From: a virus
Lineage: Duplodnaviria; Caudoviricetes
IMG/VR virus record: IMGVR_UViG_3300037833_000027
Coordinates: 1 to 54,818 of that record
Strand: one strand, 5' to 3'
DNA: 54,818 nt
Positions within the stretch are counted from its first letter, which is position 1; each line of letters starts with the position of its first letter. Positions 47,653-54,818 of the stretch are shown here, one piece after another. The notes below the pieces were generated by a model, which made no database searches, was not told the DNA's origin, and saw nothing but the letters and a program-made list of their open reading frames with translations. A program made the position numbers and the translations under genes.

Positions 47653-48972
47653 ATGCAGCGAACGGACATCATCAACGAGTTGATCGCACGCCGGGGGTTC
47701 ACGTCCTACCTCGAAATCGGCGTGAGGGACGTGGCAGCGAACTTTAACCACATCCGTGGCCAGAACAAGGTGGGCGTTGACCCGTCCCCCGACGTGTCCG
47801 AAGGCGTGACGCACCTAGTCACGTCCGACGTGTTCTTCGCCAACAACGTGCAGAAGTTCGACCTCGTGTTCATCGACGGGTTGCACACCGAGGAACAGGT
47901 GGGCCGCGACATCGACAACGCCTTGAAGGCCCTCAACCCCGGCGGCGTGATCGTCGTTCACGACGCCCTGCCGCCCACGGCGTGGCACCAGCGTGACCAC
48001 TACGACGGGCAGGACTGGACGGGGACAGGTTGGAAGGCCGTGGCCAAGGCGTTCGCCACGAGCCGCAGCCGGTGTTACGTGGTCGATGGCGACTGGGGGT
48101 GCGCCGTCATCGACACGGGCAGCCCCGTCGCCCACCGCTACGCGCCCGAGACGCCCCTCGACTACGACCGGGACTTCCCGAGCTTCCGGCAGACGTTCGC
48201 CGTGACGCCGGAACAGTTCACTGAGGGCCTGAGCACCGGCCCGCAGGCGAAGCCCAAGCGGGTGAGGATGTTCGTCTGGACGCCGGGGCACATCGCCATG
48301 AACCTGCACACGGAGATGGTCCGGGTTCAGAGCCTCGTGGCCCGCCGCCTACGCCGGGCGATGCCCGACGTGGAGTTCGTCCACGCGCTCGTGTGCGACC
48401 GGATCGACGAGCCGCAGGTGGAGGCCGTCAGGGAGATCGGGAAGGACTTCGACCAGTTCCACCACGGCATCCCGCCCGAGTACGGGCAGGCGTGGGGGAT
48501 TCGCAAGCCCACCCACTACGCCCTCGACCTTGCCAGAGCGGCCGGGTGTTCCCACATGCTCCGCGTCATTCAGGACACGTTCATCATGGACGTGGCCAAG
48601 TTCGCCGCCGACGTGGGCGAGGTGTTGAAGACGCCGGGCGACTGGTTGGGGGCCAACCGCCACGACTGGGAGACGGACGGGCACCGCAGCGTGTGCGAGG
48701 AAATGGGCATCCCGTTAAACACCAAGTTGCGTTACCCGAACGGGGCCGTGATGGTCGCCCCGTTGGCGACGTGGCAGCGGTTTTACGTGCCGATGCCCGC
48801 GAGGATCAACCACTACTGGGACGACATCATCATGGGCGAGTGGATGCTCCACGCGGGGGCCACGCTCGTGGACCTGCCGACGACGTGGGCGCACTTGCAC
48901 GACAGCCGCCCCGAGGTGAGCCGCAGCCACTACGAGGCCCACGCCGCCGAGCTTGCGACACACCCCACCTGA
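47653..48972 (+). CDS. Class I SAM methyltransferase (Methyltransf_24-like) fused to a possible GT-A-like domain
   Basis: SYLEIGV, GVDP, TSDVFF, FDLVFIDGLH, GGVIVVHD; C-terminal IQDTFI...NGAVM...DDIIMG. Confidence 0.8.
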   Translation: MQRTDIINELIARRGFTSYLEIGVRDVAANFNHIRGQNKVGVDPSPDVSEGVTHLVTSDVFFANNVQKFDLVFIDGLHTEEQVGRDIDNALKALNPGGVIVVHDALPPTAWHQRDHYDGQDWTGTGWKAVAKAFATSRSRCYVVDGDWGCAVIDTGSPVAHRYAPETPLDYDRDFPSFRQTFAVTPEQFTEGLSTGPQAKPKRVRMFVWTPGHIAMNLHTEMVRVQSLVARRLRRAMPDVEFVHALVCDRIDEPQVEAVREIGKDFDQFHHGIPPEYGQAWGIRKPTHYALDLARAAGCSHMLRVIQDTFIMDVAKFAADVGEVLKTPGDWLGANRHDWETDGHRSVCEEMGIPLNTKLRYPNGAVMVAPLATWQRFYVPMPARINHYWDDIIMGEWMLHAGATLVDLPTTWAHLHDSRPEVSRSHYEAHAAELATHPT

Positions 48973-49142
48973 GGCCCACCCTGTGGCGCTGTGCCTGAAC
49001 AGTCTGACGACGGCGTAGCGTGTTGGCCAACATGAAGTTACGCGAGTTGTGGACCGTCTGATCCCGTACGCCCGCTTTCTTGCGTACCCCATCGCCCCGG
49101 ATAGGATGGTCGGCTGTCATGCGGGGAGGCGTCGGAACAAAA

Positions 49143-51593
49143 ATGGCCAAGCTCAGCCGTCAGCAAATCGAGGAAATTAAAGCGCTTCTGGACGCCGGGC
49201 AGGAGCTTGGCGAAGAGCACCTAGACCTCCTGTTACCAGCCGAGCGACGGCGAGAATACGAGCTTGTATATGCGGGCAAGACCAGAGCCGAGGCCGTTCT
49301 CTCCGACACGTGGAGCGTCCCTCTTCAGCCCCTCAAGACGTTCGGCGTGCCCAAGGGGCAGGCCAGCCCCGAGTGGACAAACCGCCTGATCTTCGGGGAC
49401 AACCTTCAGGTTCTGAAGCGGCTGACGGACGACCCGGCCGTCGCTGGCCGGGTGAAGCTGGTCTACATCGACCCGCCCTTCGCGACCATGCAGGAGTTTC
49501 GGGGGAATGAGGAACAGAAGGCGTATCAAGACAAGATCGCCGGTTCGGCCTTTATCGAGTTCCTTCGGAAGCGGCTGATCCTGCTGCGTGAGCTTTTGCA
49601 CCCGAGCGGGGGCATTTACCTGCACTTGGACACCCGGAAGTCGCACTACCTAAAAGTCGTGATGGACGAGGTGTTCGGCGAGAACAACTTCCAGAACGAA
49701 ATCGTCTGGCGGAACACGAACACGCACAACAAGGCGCAGACCTTCGGTGAGATTCACCAGAACATCCTGTTCTACTCCAAATCTTCCGCCCTCGACTTCC
49801 ACAAGCTGAAAAGGCCACGGTTCAAGAAGTACGTCGAGCAACGGCACCGCTTTACCGATGACCGAGGGACTTACCGCTCATCCGACCTGACCGGCGAGGG
49901 CACCCGCACGGGCGACTCGGGCAGAAAGTGGCTCGGCTACGACCCCACGGCGGCGGGCAGACACTGGGCCATCCCTAGCTACGTGTATGACCTCATCGAC
50001 GAGGACATTTCTCATCTCCCTCTCTTGAAGAAGTTAGATTACCTGCTCGAACACGAACTCGTCATCCCGCCGTCGAAGCCCGGCGGTCAGCCGTCGATCA
50101 AGCGATACCGGAATGAAGATGATGGTTCCTTTGTGCAGGACATCTGGTCATATCAGCCGTACACGGAGGGCATCTACGCCAACAGTAAAGAGGCCATCGA
50201 CGAGGACGTGATTTACAGGGTGGGGCCGAAGGAGCATACCGGCTACCCCACCCAAAAGCCCGAGGGACTGTTGTCCCGGATCATCCGCTCTTGCACCACG
50301 GAGGGCGACCTCGTGCTCGACGCTTTTGGCGGATCGGGCACCACAGTGGCCGTGGCTGAAAAACTGGGCAGGCGGTGGATCGGGATCGACTGCGGCAAGC
50401 TCGCGATCTACAGCATCCAGAAGCGGCTGCTGAACCTGAGCACCGAGGTGGGCGGCAAGGGGAAGCCACTGCCGCCGCAGCCGTTCACGCTCTACAACGC
50501 CGGGCTGTACGACCTGCCGAGGATGCGGGATTTGCCTTGGGATGACTACCGCACCTTCGCCCTTCAACTCTTCCAAGTTCGTCACGAGCCGCACAAGCTA
50601 GGCGGCATCGCACTAGACGGGTTCAAAAGCACCGGGGACGTGCTCGTCTTCAACTTCCAGCAGAACGCCGGTGTTCAGCTTGACGAAGAGTACGTGCGGG
50701 AGTTGCACCGCCACCTAGGCGGACGCACGCGCGACGAGTTCTACATCATCGCCCCCGCCTCGCGCGTGACGTTCCTAGAGGACTACATCGACATCGACGA
50801 GACCCGGTACTACTTCCTGCGCATCCCGTACTCGATCATTGACGAACTACATGACCGCCCGTTCCGAGAGATTCGTCAGCCGATCAACGAAAAGGAAGTG
50901 AACGCCACCGTCGAGGCTGTCGGGTTCGACTTCATCCAGCCCCCGAGGCTGAAGGCCAGCTACGCCTACGAGAAGCCCGAACAGGAACTGTTCGGGGCTG
51001 CGACCATCCTCATCGAAGAGTTCCACAGCGAGGCGATGCTAAAGCGAGACCGGGAGTACGAAAACCGGGAGACGCTTTCGATGGTGATGGTGGACTACGA
51101 CTACAAGGGGAACGGCGAGGGCACGTTCGAATTGGACCTCGTGCTGTACCGGCACGAGATCGAAGAGGCGGGGTGGAAGGTGCGGTTGAACCCGAACAGC
51201 ATCGCCTCTCGGGTTATGATTATTTACATCGACATCTTCGGTAACGAACTCAGAGAGGTGAAGACACCGAACGACTTCGGCATCACGGAGTTGCCGAACG
51301 CGAAGGACGTAGACGCTGAGGGCACCGGGGACGTGGGCGAGCCTGTTGACGACGAGGACGATGACGACCGGGCAGGCGCGGGCGAGCCGGAGGCCTCAGG
51401 TCAGATGCGCCAGCGGAAGCCGAAGTCGAAGCCCACCAAAGCCGCAGCCAAGTCCGGCAACAACGGGAACGGATTGCACCGCAAGAAGCCAATCCGGCGA
51501 GCCAAGGTCAAACGGTCGCCGTTGCCGAAGCCGTCCAAGCAGAAGAAGGCGTTGACGAAGAGCGTATCGAGGAAGGCCACATCTCGAAGGTAG
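49143..51593 (+). CDS. mod: Type III-like R-M methyltransferase (beta class)
   Basis: LIFGDNL, YIDPPF, YPTQKPE, LDAFGGSGTT, WIGID. Confidence 0.9.
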   Translation: MAKLSRQQIEEIKALLDAGQELGEEHLDLLLPAERRREYELVYAGKTRAEAVLSDTWSVPLQPLKTFGVPKGQASPEWTNRLIFGDNLQVLKRLTDDPAVAGRVKLVYIDPPFATMQEFRGNEEQKAYQDKIAGSAFIEFLRKRLILLRELLHPSGGIYLHLDTRKSHYLKVVMDEVFGENNFQNEIVWRNTNTHNKAQTFGEIHQNILFYSKSSALDFHKLKRPRFKKYVEQRHRFTDDRGTYRSSDLTGEGTRTGDSGRKWLGYDPTAAGRHWAIPSYVYDLIDEDISHLPLLKKLDYLLEHELVIPPSKPGGQPSIKRYRNEDDGSFVQDIWSYQPYTEGIYANSKEAIDEDVIYRVGPKEHTGYPTQKPEGLLSRIIRSCTTEGDLVLDAFGGSGTTVAVAEKLGRRWIGIDCGKLAIYSIQKRLLNLSTEVGGKGKPLPPQPFTLYNAGLYDLPRMRDLPWDDYRTFALQLFQVRHEPHKLGGIALDGFKSTGDVLVFNFQQNAGVQLDEEYVRELHRHLGGRTRDEFYIIAPASRVTFLEDYIDIDETRYYFLRIPYSIIDELHDRPFREIRQPINEKEVNATVEAVGFDFIQPPRLKASYAYEKPEQELFGAATILIEEFHSEAMLKRDREYENRETLSMVMVDYDYKGNGEGTFELDLVLYRHEIEEAGWKVRLNPNSIASRVMIIYIDIFGNELREVKTPNDFGITELPNAKDVDAEGTGDVGEPVDDEDDDDRAGAGEPEASGQMRQRKPKSKPTKAAAKSGNNGNGLHRKKPIRRAKVKRSPLPKPSKQKKALTKSVSRKATSRR

Positions 51594-51603
51594 GGAGGGG
51601 ACC

Positions 51604-54138
51604 GTGAAGGACACTACCCAGTACAAGCACGAAGACTTGGTTCTCAAGGTCACGCCGAACATCGACCCGGCCAAGTTCGACATGAACAGGTTCGAGCCGT
51701 TCCTCGACAGCATTTCCGGTGACCGGGAGTACCAGAAGGCCACGATCCGCACGGTGTGCAACTACCTCTTCGGCGAAGCGTACCCGAACCTGCGGGCACT
51801 GGCCGGGCAGAATTACAAGGCAAACCCGGTGCTCCGCGAGAAGTACCCGACGCTGGCCGCGTTCGAAGCACAGCTTCAGCTACCGGAGCAGTTGGCGTGT
51901 TCCGTGGACCTCGCGACGGGGACGGGGAAAAGCTACGTCATCTACGCCATCGCCCGCATCGCGTTGGCGGCGGGCAAGGTTGACCGGGTACTAGTCCTCT
52001 GCCCGTCCAACACCATCGAGGCCGGGCTGCTCGACAAGTTCCATGCCGAGTCGAAACAGCCGGACCACACCGACGTTCTACCGGCGGATTCGGTCTACAA
52101 GGTTCCCCACGTGACCAACGCCACGGAGACCGTGCTCCCCGGCGGCGTTTGCATCGAGAACCGCCACGCGGTCTACGCCGGAACGAAAAGCGCTATCGAG
52201 GATTCGTTCAAGGGCATGGGTGACCGCACGCTGGTGTTGTGTGACGAAGCGCACCACATTTACACCCCGGAGCAGGAAGGCCTGCGGCGATGGAAGGAGT
52301 TCCTGCTTTCCCCGGAGTACGGGTTCCGCTACGTGGTCGGGTTCTCCGGGACGTGCTACGTCGGGAACGAGTATTTCACTGATGTGGTGGCCCGCTATCC
52401 GTTGCGGCAGGCCACCGATGACGGCCGTGTGAAGCAAGTCGAGTACACGGTGGACAACGGCACCAACGACGCACGGGAGAAGCTACAGCAGATTTACGAG
52501 AACCACCTCGACAAGCGGAAGAAGTACAAGCTCGTCAAGCCGGTGACCATAATCATCACTCGCGACATCCCGACGTGTAAGCGGCTCACGGACGAGTTGA
52601 TCGAGTTCCTCGCCGAGCAGGAAGGCATCACCGAAGATCAGGCAGCCGCGAAGGTGATGCGAGTTCACACGAAGCGAGGGTCGGGTCAAGGCGCTAAGGA
52701 AGACGCCCAAATCCCATTGAACTTGGCGAAGCTCCGCGCTGGGGAACCGGACCAGAAGGACAGCCCTGTCGAGTGGATTACGTCGGTCAGCATGTTGACC
52801 GAGGGCTGGGACGTGAAGAACGTGTTCCAGATCGTCCCGCACGAAGAACGTGCGTTCAATTCCAAGTTGCTGATCTCCCAAGTGCTCGGACGCGGGCTGC
52901 GGGTTCCACCCGAGTTCGCCGGTCAGAACCCGATGGTGACCGTGTTCAACCATGCGAAGTGGAGCGGGCGGATCAAGGAACTCGTGGAAGAGGTGCTCGA
53001 AGAGGATAAGAAGGTCACTTCCGCCGTCGCCAAGAAAGACCCTGCCTTTGACTTCTCGTTCCACCACATCGACTACGAGAAGTCTCAGCAGATTACCGAG
53101 ACCAAGCAGGAGTCCGAGTACAACTTCGACATGCCCTACGTGAACCTCGCCGTTCAGCGGAAGGTTCTGGATCGGCAGACGGTCTACGAGGCGGCGCTCA
53201 CCAGCCAGCGGCGCAACAAGACGACGGCCGTGCGGATCGAAATGTATTCCGTCGAGGAGGTGGTCAACGCCGTCTACAACAAGTTCAAGGCCATCGACCT
53301 TGAGGAACAGACGGAGTACGCCAAGAAGATGCCGAAGGACAAGATTCGGAACTTGATCCGCGCGTCCCTCGACCAGATCAAGTACGACGGGAACGACGTG
53401 AGCAAAGAGAACAAGCAGCGAATCCTGTCATCGTTCGGCAACCTGAAGCGGGCGGGGAGCAAGAGCATTCGTTACAAGGTCGAGGCCACGAACGTGCGGC
53501 CGATGAAGGCGTCGGGCCGGGGCGTGGAGAACGTCAGCACGTCGATGTTGCGGAGGGGCATTGCGACCGTCTTCTATGACGACCAGTCGAAGACGTTCGA
53601 CCCCGTGCTCGCACAGGTGATCGGGGAGATCGAAGACCAGTTTTCCGACCTGCCGAAGTCAGCCGGGTACAGAGTGCCGAACTCGTTCCTGTTCAAGACG
53701 TGCCTCTCCGTGGCCGTCACCGTGGGCGACCCGGAACGCAGGTTCCTTTACAAGCTGGTTCAGGCCGAGAACGCCGCCAAGATCGACGGTTGGCTGAAGA
53801 ACACGGACAGCGGGTTCTACGAGATCGAGTACTCGTACTCCCGTGGGGACTATTCGCGGCGCGGCATGTTCAACCCCGACTTCTTCATCAGCATGGGCAC
53901 CGACGTACTCGTCGTCGAAATCAAGGAAGACGACGAGGCCAAGAACCCGTCACCCGAGAACGCGGGGAAGCGGCGGGCAGCCGAGACCCACTTCGAGTTG
54001 TTGAACCAGTTGCAGGGTGAGATGAAATACCACTTCTGCTTTCTCACCCCGAGCGACTACGACCTTTTCTTTGCGGAGCTACGGGAAGGACGCGCCATGA
54101 CCTTCCGCAGCGGCTTGGACGTGGAGTTGATGAAGTGA
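51604..54138 (+). CDS. res: Type III-like restriction helicase-endonuclease
   Basis: LATGTGKS, DEAHH, LTEGWDV, QVLGRGLR, FNPDFFI...VVEIK. Confidence 0.9.
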   Translation: MKDTTQYKHEDLVLKVTPNIDPAKFDMNRFEPFLDSISGDREYQKATIRTVCNYLFGEAYPNLRALAGQNYKANPVLREKYPTLAAFEAQLQLPEQLACSVDLATGTGKSYVIYAIARIALAAGKVDRVLVLCPSNTIEAGLLDKFHAESKQPDHTDVLPADSVYKVPHVTNATETVLPGGVCIENRHAVYAGTKSAIEDSFKGMGDRTLVLCDEAHHIYTPEQEGLRRWKEFLLSPEYGFRYVVGFSGTCYVGNEYFTDVVARYPLRQATDDGRVKQVEYTVDNGTNDAREKLQQIYENHLDKRKKYKLVKPVTIIITRDIPTCKRLTDELIEFLAEQEGITEDQAAAKVMRVHTKRGSGQGAKEDAQIPLNLAKLRAGEPDQKDSPVEWITSVSMLTEGWDVKNVFQIVPHEERAFNSKLLISQVLGRGLRVPPEFAGQNPMVTVFNHAKWSGRIKELVEEVLEEDKKVTSAVAKKDPAFDFSFHHIDYEKSQQITETKQESEYNFDMPYVNLAVQRKVLDRQTVYEAALTSQRRNKTTAVRIEMYSVEEVVNAVYNKFKAIDLEEQTEYAKKMPKDKIRNLIRASLDQIKYDGNDVSKENKQRILSSFGNLKRAGSKSIRYKVEATNVRPMKASGRGVENVSTSMLRRGIATVFYDDQSKTFDPVLAQVIGEIEDQFSDLPKSAGYRVPNSFLFKTCLSVAVTVGDPERRFLYKLVQAENAAKIDGWLKNTDSGFYEIEYSYSRGDYSRRGMFNPDFFISMGTDVLVVEIKEDDEAKNPSPENAGKRRAAETHFELLNQLQGEMKYHFCFLTPSDYDLFFAELREGRAMTFRSGLDVELMK

Positions 54139-54260
54139 CCCCGCCATGCCCACCCAAGCCCTGATCCACGTTATCGAGCAATTTGGCTACGCCGTCCGCA
54201 CCAGCGCGATGACGGGCACCGACCGTTTACAAAACTAAACGGCGGTGTATAGCTTTCTAA

Positions 54261-54818
54261 ATGGAGTGCGACTTCAGCAAGCTGGTGCGGGACCGGATAA
54301 CCGACGTGGGCATGTCGCAGGCCGATCTGGCCAAGGCTCTCACGGGCACGGTCACGAAGGCCGCACTGTACTCGTTCCTGAAGGGCGAGTCCGGCCTGAA
54401 CTCGAAGCGGCTGGCCAAGGTGTTCGAGGTGCTGGCCATCGAGGTGCGTCCGAAGCCTCGCCCCGAGACGCCCGACCGCCACCTCGACACCACGGACCTG
54501 TTGAAGCGGGCGAGGGACTACCTCCTGACCGCGAACGACGAGCAGCGGAAGGTTTACCTGATGTGGCGTGCCGGGCAGTGCATCGCCGAGGCACGCCACC
54601 AGTGCGGCGGGGACTGGCCCGAGGTCTGGGACGCCCACGCCCCGCAGTTCGTGGACGCCCGGCTGATGCAGTACGCCGAGGGGGCGCTCCTGATGGCCGA
54701 CAAGTGCAAGGGCGAGTACGAGATTCGCAAGTTCCACAAGCTCGGCGATGCGCTGACGAACTACGAGATCACGAAGGAAAAGGTCAACGGCAAGTACATC
54801 CGCCGCGTGCGTAGGTAA
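54261..54818 (+). CDS. XRE-family HTH protein (possible phage regulator)
   Basis: GMSQADLAKAL...VTKAALYSFLKGES.L....LAKVF.VL. Confidence 0.75.
   Translation: MECDFSKLVRDRITDVGMSQADLAKALTGTVTKAALYSFLKGESGLNSKRLAKVFEVLAIEVRPKPRPETPDRHLDTTDLLKRARDYLLTANDEQRKVYLMWRAGQCIAEARHQCGGDWPEVWDAHAPQFVDARLMQYAEGALLMADKCKGEYEIRKFHKLGDALTNYEITKEKVNGKYIRRVRR

Larger units (their letters stand above)
26082..54818 (+). mobile_element. HK97-like long-tailed prophage; right end probably beyond window
   Basis: Replication, packaging, head, neck and tail genes in canonical order, all on + strand, with a shared unusual codon and k-mer signature. Confidence 0.88.

Noticed and set aside
30181-48972. Gene transfer agent interpretation of the structural cluster
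   Set aside because: An adjacent replication gene, HNH/P27-type cos packaging, an apparent insertion in comM and restriction-site avoidance all point to a mobile phage.
1-54818. tRNA, rRNA or tmRNA genes
   Set aside because: No cloverleaf or rRNA signature recognised by eye; a tRNAscan or Infernal run would be needed to exclude them formally.

Overview
High-GC, entirely accessory window; the host is possibly a planctomycete (weak inference from gene style). Left part (1-25574) is a composite genomic island. It carries a partial tyrosine integrase whose 3' end is duplicated around an orphan gene, a ~750 bp hairpin-rich intergenic region, and several small hypothetical or plasmid-type genes. 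It also carries candidate modification-dependent nucleases, a Dam-family methylase, a large serine recombinase plus primase-helicase module bounded by 27 bp inverted iteron-like repeats, a truncated helicase, two IS5-family elements and a convergent type II-like R-M pair. An internal comM/YifB fragment (25575-26081) is cut on both sides. Right part (26082 to window end) is a compact HK97-like, long-tailed prophage. Its genes run: DUF3987 replication protein, HNH-AP2, glycosyltransferase, PLD-fold protein, TerS, an HNH-TerL fusion, portal, protease, capsid, neck, tail with G/GT frameshift and tape measure. These are followed by two Ser/Gly-rich, Cys-rich tail-end proteins, two more glycan-modifying enzymes, a type III-like Mod/Res pair and an XRE regulator. 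The best candidate for a novel system is a phage-encoded virion O-glycosylation module. The prophage also appears to be purged of many restriction palindromes and has no recognisable lysis genes. No rRNA, tRNA or CRISPR array was seen. All calls come from reading motifs by eye; no database searches were run.
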